From NCBI GenBank assembly GCA_027031765.1, contig JALVPN010000041.1, forward strand, positions 15,129 to 47,128: a stretch of 32,000 bases of DNA. Direction: 5' to 3'. Position 1 is the stretch's first letter, and every line of letters starts with the position of its first letter. This document shows, piece after piece, positions 1 to 8,401 of the stretch. The position numbers and the translations under genes were made by a program. The notes under the pieces are model-generated. The model made no database searches. It had not been told where the DNA came from and saw nothing but the letters and a program-made list of their open reading frames with translations. The stretch is from Promethearchaeota archaeon. GTDB taxonomy: Archaea; Asgardarchaeota; Thorarchaeia; Thorarchaeales; Thorarchaeaceae.

Positions 1-377
1 CATGGATTGTCTCGCTGTCCAGTTTTGACCCGACCTGTGCACCAGAGGGAAAGGAGCTCGTAGGAGTCGCGACAGTACTGTTGGAGGGGGACAGGCCGGA
101 CAGCGTCCTCAAACAGGTCAAAGAGAACGTGCTCGCCAGATACTTCCCGGGCCTGCTCAGGCACACTGTGATGGAACACGTGCAGGTGTCATATGCCACA
201 CGGGCCGCGCTGGTGCCCGGTCAGACAGCACTTGACCGTCCCGGCCCCCGCACACCAGCCCGCGGACTATATATCGTGGGCACGGACACTGCTGGTGAAG
301 GGGTGGGACTGCAGCAGGCAGCCAACTCCGCAACTGGTGTCGTGCGCGCTCTGCTTGACGACATCGAGTACCTGTAG
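1..377 (+). CDS. Phytoene desaturase-like FAD/NAD(P)-dependent oxidoreductase, C-terminal part (5' truncated by window)
   Basis: Frame is open from nt 3 (WIVSLSSFDPTCAPEGKELVGV...). SxxDPxxAPEG and the C-terminal TPxxGLYIVG...GVG motif are typical of this family. Confidence 0.75.
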   Translation, partial: WIVSLSSFDPTCAPEGKELVGVATVLLEGDRPDSVLKQVKENVLARYFPGLLRHTVMEHVQVSYATRAALVPGQTALDRPGPRTPARGLYIVGTDTAGEGVGLQQAANSATGVVRALLDDIEYL

Positions 378-385
378 CCAGTCCC

Positions 386-856
386 TCACCGCTGGTCTAG
401 GCCGGACATGGTGTCTAGGAGCCTGCGTATCAGGTGTACAAGACGGTCTGCACAGGCCTCGTAGGCCGCCACCGGTCTGCCCCAGCAGTCCTCAATCTCA
501 CCCTCTTCCCCAACATACTCGGTCAGTAAGTGGACCCTGCCCTCACCACTGGCCTCCCCTGCTGTCATGTCCAGTACGGCCCTCTTCTGAGCCCCGGTCA
601 TTGTGAGTACTACGTCTGCCCACTCCATGCACCCACGCGTGAGCTGCCTTGACAGGTGTGACGACATATCCACTCCCCGTGCCTTGAGCACAGTGACTGC
701 AGCATGTTCGGGCCCTTCTCCATCAACTGCTGAGACCCCAGCTGAGCGGGCCTCCACGAGGTCGTCAAGTCCACGTATTCCCGCCTCGTGTCTGAATATC
801 GCCTCTGCCATTGCGCTCCGGCCTGTGTTGCCAGTACACACAAACAGTACTCGCAT
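386..856 (-). CDS. Low-molecular-weight protein phosphatase, YwlE/PtpB-like
   Basis: MRVLFVCTGNTGRSAMAE P-loop (CX5R), RSAG, SHLSRQL, ADVVLTMT and an acidic D-loop (IEDCWG). Start placed at the ATG at 856. Confidence 0.88.
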   Translation of the reverse strand: MRVLFVCTGNTGRSAMAEAIFRHEAGIRGLDDLVEARSAGVSAVDGEGPEHAAVTVLKARGVDMSSHLSRQLTRGCMEWADVVLTMTGAQKRAVLDMTAGEASGEGRVHLLTEYVGEEGEIEDCWGRPVAAYEACADRLVHLIRRLLDTMSGLDQR

Positions 857-1089
857 GTGTGGTCGCGCCTCCATGTGCGGCCCACCTTTTCCGTGCTGCC
901 AGCTCCCCGGATGTGCAGTAGTACACTGGCTGGAGTCATCTTGCACTCAAGGGAGTGTCCACAACGTGTGCAGGCCACCCGGTCACGGTCGGCTGGCATG
1001 ACCTCGTGTCCTCTTGGTCTCAGCGAAAGAATTTTGTTGTTGCGATGTGGCCTGCACTCTGACTTCAGTGTGACGAAGGAGTCTTTTTC

Positions 1090-1647
1090 ATGCTGGTAGA
1101 AATCCGGTGGCACGGAAGAGGCGGACAGGGTGGCGTCACATCCGCCGAGCTATTGGCAAAAGCAGCATATCTTGACGGCTACAAGGGTGTCCAGGCGTTC
1201 CCGTTCTTTGGCGCTGAACGGCGTGGTGCTCCTGTCAAGGCCTTCACGCGGATATCGGACCGCGAGATCAATGTCCGCTGTCAGATCTACGAGCCAGACA
1301 TCGTGGCCGTGCTCGACCCCGATATCATAGACCTCATAGATGTCTGTGAGGGGCTGAAGGATGACGGTATAGTCATTGTCAACACCCCAAAGGCGCCGAG
1401 CGAGCTCGACCTGCGGGGTCATGTCTACACTTTCGACGGGACGGGCATCGCGCTCCGTCACGGCCTCCTCGTTGCAGGGCTCCCAGTGGTCAACACTACC
1501 ATGCTGGGTGCTTTTGCAAGGGCCACAGGGCTGGTGAAACTGGAGACCGTGCAGCGTGTGATCATGGAGAAGTGGCCTGGCAAGGTCGGCGAGAGGAATG
1601 CCGAGGGTGCCAAAGAGGCCTACGACTCCTGCACCGACCAGGGCTAG
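1090..1647 (+). CDS. porG: Pyruvate/2-oxoacid:ferredoxin oxidoreductase gamma subunit
   Basis: EIRWHGRGGQGGVT, FPFFGAERRGAPV, IYEPD and VNTTMLGA motifs. Confidence 0.93.
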   Translation: MLVEIRWHGRGGQGGVTSAELLAKAAYLDGYKGVQAFPFFGAERRGAPVKAFTRISDREINVRCQIYEPDIVAVLDPDIIDLIDVCEGLKDDGIVIVNTPKAPSELDLRGHVYTFDGTGIALRHGLLVAGLPVVNTTMLGAFARATGLVKLETVQRVIMEKWPGKVGERNAEGAKEAYDSCTDQG

Positions 1648-1827
1648 CGCCGCCCCAATCTGTTGCTGCTACGTGGTGACCGACTGGGGTACACCAGGTC
1701 CCGCCAACACTGGCACCACCGTGTGTCAGCGGCCGTCCTCATACGTGGCTGCAGGACTGCCCCTGCATGTCTTCCGTGCCGTGAGGCTGCCGACCGCGCC
1801 TCATAAGGGGTCTGGAAACTGCCCATG

Positions 1828-2607
1828 CTATGCATATATCCTCTCGTAGCCTGGCCGTGCCACCTCTGGCCTGTGTCTACGGAGGCCCTCGACCTGCTGT
1901 GCCATCTCCTCCATCTTCCTCTTTATGAGCTCAGCACTCTCTTTGAGCTCGGTCGTGTCGACGCCGACGCTGTACAACCTGTTGAGTGCTTCTAGCAGGA
2001 GGACTGCAGCTTCAGGGTCTGGTACGACGGCTATTGCGGGTGTCAGGAGGGCAAACCCGACCATGTCGCGACACAGGGTCTCGGAGAGGATGGAGCCCGC
2101 AATGCCTGTGATTATGCCCTTCTTTAGGATTTCCATCTCGGGGCCCTTTGAGAGCTCGTCAATCTTCTCCTCCTCCGCAACAAAGAGCACTTTCCTGTTC
2201 GTGGGAATCCCCTGGGATGGTATACCGTCGAGCACGACGGTCTCACGCACCCCGACGCCAGCGGCCCAGTCTAGGAGTGCCGAGCTGACAGCATACATCC
2301 CCTCGTCAGCCACTGGCAGCTCCGTTGTCACTACGAGGAGGTTCCTCTTCTCGTGGCCATAGACCCTGAACGGGTGTCGGAGCCGCCCCTCAAGGAACAC
2401 CGCCGCAGATGGGATGTACTTTGACCGCACATGGGCTATCTCTCTCATGTCAAACTGCTCGATTATTGTGTTGGCTGCAATGGTCCCCACAACGCCCGCT
2501 GACGGAAAACAGCACACGAGCAGTGGCTGGTCCAGCTCCAGCGTAACGGTCTGGACGACCTCTGCATCTGGAGCACCAAGTATCTTGGACGCACACTCTT
2601 CCGCCAT
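1828..2607 (-). CDS. PAC2-family proteasome assembly chaperone (PbaA/PbaB-like)
   Basis: CCFPSAGVVGTIAA, P-x-RVY, GITGIAGSIL and PDPEAA motifs. Start at ATG 2607, with CTTAATAT about 40 nt upstream. Confidence 0.88.
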   Translation of the reverse strand: MAEECASKILGAPDAEVVQTVTLELDQPLLVCCFPSAGVVGTIAANTIIEQFDMREIAHVRSKYIPSAAVFLEGRLRHPFRVYGHEKRNLLVVTTELPVADEGMYAVSSALLDWAAGVGVRETVVLDGIPSQGIPTNRKVLFVAEEEKIDELSKGPEMEILKKGIITGIAGSILSETLCRDMVGFALLTPAIAVVPDPEAAVLLLEALNRLYSVGVDTTELKESAELIKRKMEEMAQQVEGLRRHRPEVARPGYERIYA

Positions 2608-2644
2608 GACTTGCAAACCCACTGAAAGGGTGTTCAGTCGTTGA

Positions 2645-2652
2645 ATATTAAG
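2645..2652 (-). promoter_or_regulatory. TATA-like box upstream of the PAC2 gene
   Basis: CAAA-CTTAATAT on the minus strand, an AT-rich island in GC-rich DNA. Confidence 0.5.
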
Positions 2653-2974
2653 TTTGAGTGACCGAACGGGGTGTTGTCCCGGGCAGTGTAACACTCCTTG
2701 TGGTACGACAACAACGTAGTCCTGGTGCCCGGTCCTGACCCGTGTCGTGTGACCCATGAACAGGCCTCGGACTGAGTGGACGCTAAGACCATGTCGTGTA
2801 CAGTATGCTAGGTTGTGTACCCGGCCGGACGCGACCTGATGCAGATGTCACGCGCCGGTAGTATCCCTCGCCTCTCCCCAGTCCCTCGACCCGGGCCCAT
2901 ATGTTGCCGGTGCCTACATGACCGTCCCCGGGTGCCAGCACCACGGTGGTCTGCTCGACAACCTGTGCGGACCC

Positions 2975-2982
2975 CTTAATAG
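2975..2982 (+). promoter_or_regulatory. TATA-like box upstream of the aminotransferase gene
   Basis: CTTAATAG about 47 nt before ATG 3029. Confidence 0.45.
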
Positions 2983-3028
2983 CCGCTTTTTCCTACCTGT
3001 AGGTGCGGTTCTCTTCCGGCCGTGAACA

Positions 3029-4207
3029 ATGGAGTACGGAATGACGATGAAGTTCAGGACAGCATCCATTGTGCCTCCCCCGATTGTCGAACTGTCACTT
3101 GCTGCCCGTCGCTTTGCATCCAGACCGGACTACCTGGATCTGGGGCAGGGGGTACCGGGCTTCATCCCGCCAAGGGCTGCGCTGGCCGTCCTGAGTGACA
3201 GGATCCACCACCCCTCCGCACACAGGTATACTCCCGACGAGGGCCACATCGAGCTGCGTGAGGAGCTGGCAGTGTATCTGCGACGCATGTCTGGCGTGCT
3301 CGTGGACCCGGAACGTGAGGTGGTGATAACTGCGGGCGCGAACCAGGCCTTTGCTGGAGTTGTCCTGACGGTTGTGAGTCCCGGAGACCGTGTCATCATG
3401 CCTGCCCCCTACTACTTCAACTCGTACATGGCAGTCCAGATTGCCGGGGGCATACCGGTGCCGGCACCTGTGGACCACGAGTTCCAGCCCGTCCCGGAGG
3501 TGATTGAGGGGCTTGTTGACAGCCGCACGCGCGTGGTGCTCCTCGTATCGCCAAACAACCCTACTGGGGCTGTGTACGAGCGCTCACGTATCGACCAGAT
3601 TGTGGACATCTGTCTGGAACACGACCTCCTCCTTGTTTCGGACGAGACGTATGCGCGTCTGGTCTTTGATGACGCACGGCACTACAGTGCAAGGTCGCGC
3701 CGCGATGCCTGCGAGAATGTCGTAATGATTGGCAGCTTCTCAAAGGACTTTGGGATGAGTGGCTGGCGTGTGGGCTACATTGTGGCGCCCGAACACTTTG
3801 TCAGGGAGTACCTGAAGGTCCACGACACCGTGACGATATGTGCACCGACGGCAGGCCAGCTATTGGCACTGGAAGTCCTCAGGTATGGACTTGATACCCT
3901 CGACGATGAGATCCGGCGCATGGCGGCACTCCGTGACCTGGCGTACCGGCGTGCCTTCGAGATAGATGCCCTCGAAGTGGTGCGCACTGCTGGGACCTTC
4001 TATATGTTCCCGCGTGTGCGGTCATCGCTCTCGACGCGCGGACTTGCTCTCGACATCCTTGAGAAGAAGCACATCTTCCTGCTCCCCGGGAGCCTCTTCG
4101 GGGAGGTGGGCGAGGGCCACCTCAGACTATCCCTCGGCCCCTTGACCGCAGATGCTGTGGACGAGGCGTTCGACCGTTTGGCCTCGTATTTCGCGTCGCG
4201 TCCCTGA
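3029..4207 (+). CDS. PLP-dependent aminotransferase class I/II
   Basis: GANQA, PYYFN, SPNNPTG, DETY and SFSKDFGMSGWRVG (PLP lysine) motifs. Confidence 0.93.
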   Translation: MEYGMTMKFRTASIVPPPIVELSLAARRFASRPDYLDLGQGVPGFIPPRAALAVLSDRIHHPSAHRYTPDEGHIELREELAVYLRRMSGVLVDPEREVVITAGANQAFAGVVLTVVSPGDRVIMPAPYYFNSYMAVQIAGGIPVPAPVDHEFQPVPEVIEGLVDSRTRVVLLVSPNNPTGAVYERSRIDQIVDICLEHDLLLVSDETYARLVFDDARHYSARSRRDACENVVMIGSFSKDFGMSGWRVGYIVAPEHFVREYLKVHDTVTICAPTAGQLLALEVLRYGLDTLDDEIRRMAALRDLAYRRAFEIDALEVVRTAGTFYMFPRVRSSLSTRGLALDILEKKHIFLLPGSLFGEVGEGHLRLSLGPLTADAVDEAFDRLASYFASRP

Positions 4208-4221
4208 AACATCACCGCGCC

Positions 4222-5526
4222 TCAGAGGTCCTCGTAGGCCTCCCACTCCCAGTCAGTGACGGCGTACTTGATGTAGCGTTCCCATTCCTCGGTCTTGAGT
4301 TCAAGGAACGCCTCTACTATGTCCCGGCCAAGGGCCTTGCGGATGACGGTGTCACGGCGGAGGGCGTCAAGGGCCGCTATCAGGCTCTCCGGCAGGACCT
4401 TAATCCCGAGCTTCTCGCGCTCTCTTTCGTCCATCTCGAATATGTTCTCCTTCCGTGGTTCGGGTGGTGTTAGACCTCTCTCTATACCGTCGAGGCCTGA
4501 TGCGAGGAGCGCTGTGAACAGCATGTACGGGTTCGCTGTCGCATCGGACGCCCTGTACTCAAGGGCTGCCTTCTTGGCCCCCTCGAAGAGCGGCACACGC
4601 ACAAGAGCGGTCCTATTGAGGGCGCCCCACGTAATGTATACTGGGGCCTCATAGTGCGGGACGAGCCTCTTGTAGGAGTTTATTGTTGGGTTTGCTATAG
4701 CGGTTATTGCCGGGGCGTGTTCGAGGAGTCCAGCAACGAACATCCTAGCGGTCTCTGAGAGCTCTCTGCCTCCTGCCCCGAAAAGGTTTTTGTCCTCCTC
4801 CCACAGCTGGAGGTGACAGTGCAGGCCGCTACCCGCCTCTTGCGGGAACGGCTTGGGCATGAACGTGACCCCGATGCCGTGTTTCCTTGCAAGTGCGTGT
4901 GCAGCATTCTTGAAGGTCAGGAATGCATCAGCCATCCTCCTGGCCTCCGCATGCTGTATCTCAATCTCCTGCTGCCCATGTCCCACCTCGTGGTGTATGA
5001 CATGTGGCTCAAGGCCCATGCCCCTTATGACATGTGCGAGTTCGAGGAGCAGTTCGGCGTTCGAGCTCACAGGGTGGGCATCGGCATACTGTGCATCATC
5101 AAGTGGTCGCCTGCTGTCAGCAACAAAATAGAACTCGGGTTCAATTTTAACCCTCAGTTCTCTCTCTTCACCGAGCTGTCTCTCACAGAACCCGTGGAGC
5201 ACTCCACGACAGTCGCGTGAGTAGTACTTGCGGTTGCTCTCAATGTCGCGAACCTTCCGGTCGACAAAACACATCACTGCCGCCCGTCTCGGCACCGTGT
5301 ATGGCAGTTCGACGAGCGAGTCCGGGTCTGCTATCAGTCTGAGGTCTGAGGCCTCCACACTTGAGAGGCCAGCTATCGAGCTGCCGTCAAGCGAGGTACC
5401 GCGCTCTAGTGCGGGGTCTTTGCGCACCTCGCCCAGGGTGGCGACCGGCCTGCACGGGACGGTCATTGCTTTGAGCCTTCCTAGGATGTCTGCAAACCTG
5501 AACTCAATGAACTCTATCTTGTCCAT
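4222..5526 (-). CDS. glnA: Glutamine synthetase type I
   Basis: DGSSI, EPEFY, HHEVGHGQQEI, FMPKP, GSGLHCH, NSYKRLVP-YEAP, NRTALVRVP and EYR...ANPY motifs. Confidence 0.95.
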   Translation of the reverse strand: MDKIEFIEFRFADILGRLKAMTVPCRPVATLGEVRKDPALERGTSLDGSSIAGLSSVEASDLRLIADPDSLVELPYTVPRRAAVMCFVDRKVRDIESNRKYYSRDCRGVLHGFCERQLGEERELRVKIEPEFYFVADSRRPLDDAQYADAHPVSSNAELLLELAHVIRGMGLEPHVIHHEVGHGQQEIEIQHAEARRMADAFLTFKNAAHALARKHGIGVTFMPKPFPQEAGSGLHCHLQLWEEDKNLFGAGGRELSETARMFVAGLLEHAPAITAIANPTINSYKRLVPHYEAPVYITWGALNRTALVRVPLFEGAKKAALEYRASDATANPYMLFTALLASGLDGIERGLTPPEPRKENIFEMDEREREKLGIKVLPESLIAALDALRRDTVIRKALGRDIVEAFLELKTEEWERYIKYAVTDWEWEAYEDL

Positions 5527-5572
5527 AGGCGAGTGCTCCTAGGGAGTTGGTGGCCTGCTCTGCTCCGAGCCT

Positions 5573-5580
5573 GTATATAA
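5573..5580 (-). promoter_or_regulatory. TATA box upstream of glnA
   Basis: TTATATAC on the minus strand about 47 nt before the glnA ATG. Confidence 0.55.
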
Positions 5581-5631
5581 TCCCTATTGATGCGCTGCTG
5601 TCATGGTCCTGCTTTGAGCTGGCCTCCTGTG

Positions 5632-5940
5632 TCAGCTCCACAGCTCATTGTACCACTCCTGCGCGTCCCTGCCCACTTCAAGCCTTATTGACCCACTGAG
5701 GACGCTCACCTCATCGCCTTCCCTGACCTCGAAGTTCATGGCTGATATCCTGATGGCCTTCTTCTCAAGGTGGACGTTGTTGATGTTCCGGGCATGGAGT
5801 CGTGCAACTCTCTTTCCACCGTCCATCACGAGCATCAGGTCCTCATAGGTCACGTCGCACTTCATCTTGAACTTCCGGTCACGTAGCGGGCCCATGTGCA
5901 CCTCAAGGTTTGAGAACTCGGCCTTGACTCCCTTCGCCAT
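5632..5940 (-). CDS. Small hypothetical protein (102 aa), possible PH-like fold
   Basis: MAKGVKAEF...RDAQEWYNELWS reads as alternating beta strands with a terminal helix. CTTAAATA lies upstream at 6000-6007. Confidence 0.7.
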   Translation of the reverse strand: MAKGVKAEFSNLEVHMGPLRDRKFKMKCDVTYEDLMLVMDGGKRVARLHARNINNVHLEKKAIRISAMNFEVREGDEVSVLSGSIRLEVGRDAQEWYNELWS

Positions 5941-5999
5941 CACTGTGTTCACAGCCGTATGCTTACCTGTTTGGACCGCCCCCTCAGAGTACGCGTGCA

Positions 6000-6007
6000 T
6001 ATTTAAG
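6000..6007 (-). promoter_or_regulatory. TATA-like box
   Basis: CTTAAATA on the minus strand about 60 nt before ATG 5940. Confidence 0.45.
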
Positions 6008-6112
6008 TGCAAGGGGCCATGAGGACTCCTGAGTTGTCCGGGGCCCCTCACGGCCATCTCCCCGGGTCCGGGACGTGGGCCTGTGGTCAGTGGGCCCCTA
6101 TGGGTGGCGGTC

Positions 6113-6955
6113 ATGAGGAGCGGACTGTTCATTGGCACCAGTGGATGGTCATATCGTGAGGACTGGCGTGGCATCTTCTACGATCCAGGTGCTCCCATGC
6201 TGGCCCAGTACTTCCTGTACTTCGACACCGTGGAGATCAACTCCACTTTCTACGGGCAGCCACGCAGGCAGTTCATCGACCACCTGACACACTCTGTAGG
6301 GCCGGACAAGTTCTTCACGGTCAAGATGCCACGCATGGTCACGCACGAGGGACGGCTCGATGTCCATGGTGATGCCAGTCGACACCTTGAAGAGTTCCTG
6401 GCACTCCTCCACCCACTTGCCCCCAAGGTTGAGGCCGTGCTCATACAGTTACCCCCATGGGACATCGACCAGATGGCCGACCTTGAGGCGTTCCTCTCAG
6501 GTCTTGACAGGACGTTCCGTTATGCCATCGAGTTCCGTCACGAGAGCTGGCTGGTCCCGAAGACCTGGCGCCTGCTCGAAGACTATGACATCGCCTATGT
6601 GGTGGTCGACCAGCCACTGCTCCCCGTGGATTTGCGGGTGACAACGGACTTCTCCTATGTGCGATGGCACGGGCACGGCGCCAGGCCATGGTATGATTAC
6701 CGCTATTCACTTGAAGAGCTCAGTGCGTGGGTGCCACGGCTCCGCCAGCTGCAAGATGAGGTGCCCCTCCTGCTCGGCTACTTCAACAACCATTTTCGAG
6801 GCAATGCACCACTGAATGCGCTCCAGATGCTTAATCTCCTCTCGTCCCTTGAGGGACGACATGCAGCCAAACTACAACGGATGATACGGGCTGCCTCTGT
6901 GGTCCAGATGTCCCTCTCCGACTTCGAGAGGGATGCTGAAGAGTCACAGTACTGA
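6113..6955 (+). CDS. DUF72 (YecE-like) TIM-barrel protein
   Basis: IGTSGWSY, VEINSTFY, FTVKMPR-VTH, LIQLPP, AIEFRHESW, YVRWHG and YFNNH motifs. Confidence 0.92.
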   Translation: MRSGLFIGTSGWSYREDWRGIFYDPGAPMLAQYFLYFDTVEINSTFYGQPRRQFIDHLTHSVGPDKFFTVKMPRMVTHEGRLDVHGDASRHLEEFLALLHPLAPKVEAVLIQLPPWDIDQMADLEAFLSGLDRTFRYAIEFRHESWLVPKTWRLLEDYDIAYVVVDQPLLPVDLRVTTDFSYVRWHGHGARPWYDYRYSLEELSAWVPRLRQLQDEVPLLLGYFNNHFRGNAPLNALQMLNLLSSLEGRHAAKLQRMIRAASVVQMSLSDFERDAEESQY

Positions 6956-7241
6956 GCTGCACTGTACTTGCTGATGAGCTAGCGTAGTGATGTCGGGCAG
7001 TATGCGTCCACTCAGGGAGTGCAGCAATGTTTGGGTTCACAGATGGTGTCAGCTGCTACTACATGCGAATGGAGGTCTTGTTTGGGCTGAACACCGTCCC
7101 TGCATGACCGACCGGTGGTGGTGGCACGCCGTCCATACCGTGACTACCCCCTACAGTGTGTGCAGTCGGTTCAGTACTGTGACCGGGTGGTCCTCTAGGC
7201 CGCCCGCCTCTTCTTGTCACAGGCCTCCTGTTCTCGTCAGT

Positions 7242-7261
7242 ACCACAACACATGTTGTGGT
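7242..7261. repeat. Perfect 9-bp inverted repeat, ACCACAACA-CA-TGTTGTGGT
   Basis: Read directly from the sequence. Confidence 0.85.
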
Positions 7262-7512
7262 CTTCCAGTCTTCCTCCTCACGGCTCCTGCTGGCCGCTGG
7301 ACGCAGCTACGTCCGTGGAGTGTTGGGGATCTGTGATGCTGGGTGAGCACGCTATGGACTCCTCCCGACCAATCTCTGGTCCTACCCGACTGTGAGAGTG
7401 GTCTACGTGCAGCGGGTCGTGGCTTGCCGTGGAGCGATAGTGCCGGCCCCATGACGTCGGACTCGTGATGTGATGTAGTCCGTCCCGACGGTGGCACTTG
7501 CCGCTCGGAAAG

Positions 7513-7520
7513 CCTAATAA
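7513..7520 (+). promoter_or_regulatory. BRE/TATA-like element upstream of rpl13e
   Basis: GGAAAG-CCTAATAA about 41 nt before ATG 7561. Confidence 0.5.
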
Positions 7521-7560
7521 GCAGTCCTCCTGTCCTCGCCCAATGACAGGTGAACCGGTA

Positions 7561-8004
7561 ATGAGCTCAGAGGTTGTTGCTGAGGCCATGATACGGTCTC
7601 CACGTGATGGTCGTCCGCGCAGGGGTCGTGGGTTCAGCCGTGAAGAGATAAGGCGGGCAGGGCTCACGGTACACGAGGCACGTCGCATTGGTCTGATGGT
7701 GGATGTACGACGGAAGACCGTGTATGACGAGAACGTGGAGGCGGTCAGGCAGCTGCTCGCTGACCTGGAGACCATGGGGCCGGGGGTCACTGCTCCAGCG
7801 TCAGACAAGGGCCGTGACGCTGCAGTCCGTGCTCTCTCGTTCCTGAAGGAGGTGACAGAGGCCGACGCCGAAGCGCTCGTTGCCGCCGGAGTCCGTTCTC
7901 TTGAAGACCTTGCCTACTGCGATATCTCTGCTGTCGTGTCCAAGACGGGTATCGACCAGGACCGTCTCACATCGATGGTAAAGGCTGCACTGAAGAAGGT
8001 GTGA
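7561..8004 (+). CDS. rpl13e: Ribosomal protein eL13 fused to a C-terminal helix-hairpin-helix (NusA-AR/RadA-N-like) domain
   Basis: RGRGFSREEIRRAGLTVHEARRIGLMVDVRRKTVYDENVEA is the archaeal eL13 signature. The C-terminal LVAAGVRSLEDLA...TGID segment is HhH-like. Confidence 0.88.
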   Translation: MSSEVVAEAMIRSPRDGRPRRGRGFSREEIRRAGLTVHEARRIGLMVDVRRKTVYDENVEAVRQLLADLETMGPGVTAPASDKGRDAAVRALSFLKEVTEADAEALVAAGVRSLEDLAYCDISAVVSKTGIDQDRLTSMVKAALKKV

Positions 8005-8025
8005 TGCACAGGGACATCCCAACTA

Positions 8026-8067
8026 CGTAGAGTATCCCCTGCTGTTCGTAGAGTATTCCCTGCTGTT
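8026..8067 (+). repeat. Tandem 21-bp direct repeat, 2 copies, 1 mismatch
   Basis: cgtagagtatcccctgctgtt followed by cgtagagtattccctgctgtt. Confidence 0.85.
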
Positions 8068-8401
8068 GCACGGTGTGCGTGGCAATGGGCACTGTTCCGA
8101 CCGGCCCGACACGCCATTCCAGCACAGCAGGTCAGTGTGGTCACTGTAGTGCCGACCGGCCCACTCATTGTCCCGCCTAGCGAGCTGGCACGACCAGCTG
8201 AAGATGTGGTGCCCTGCTGAACAGGTGACTGGTGGGGGCTGTCAGTGTTGTCCATTCACCTGTTTCCACCGCTCCACCGGCAACATGTGCCCTTGCCAGT
8301 CACATCCCCTTGAGCGCTCGGAGAGTTGTGCGGGAAGCTACTTGAGCCACCGAACACCACTTGTTTGCCATTCACCACTGGTACCCGTGGGACTGCTGGT
8401 G

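Noticed and set aside
610-1113. Long alternative-frame ORFs around the phosphatase gene
   Set aside because: Shadow ORFs with no protein-like composition, overlapping a gene with clear motifs.
1648-1827. Possible decayed POR delta subunit
   Set aside because: No CxxCxxCxxxCP ferredoxin motif in any plus frame.
6972-6979. CTGATGAG resembling a hammerhead core or C box
   Set aside because: No downstream GAAA with stem II, and no CTGA D box at a suitable distance.
7458-7482. CGGACT-N13-AGTCCG hairpin with GTGATGTGATG loop (K-loop-like)
   Set aside because: Only a 6-bp stem, geometry does not fit a K-turn, and it lies upstream of the putative TATA.
6987-7497. Short ORFs in the DUF72-rpl13e gap; RNase P or SRP RNA
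   Set aside because: No recognisable protein, and no GAGGAAAGUCC or SRP helix-8 motif found.
8026-8067. CRISPR-like repeat
   Set aside because: Two adjacent copies, no spacers, no cas genes.
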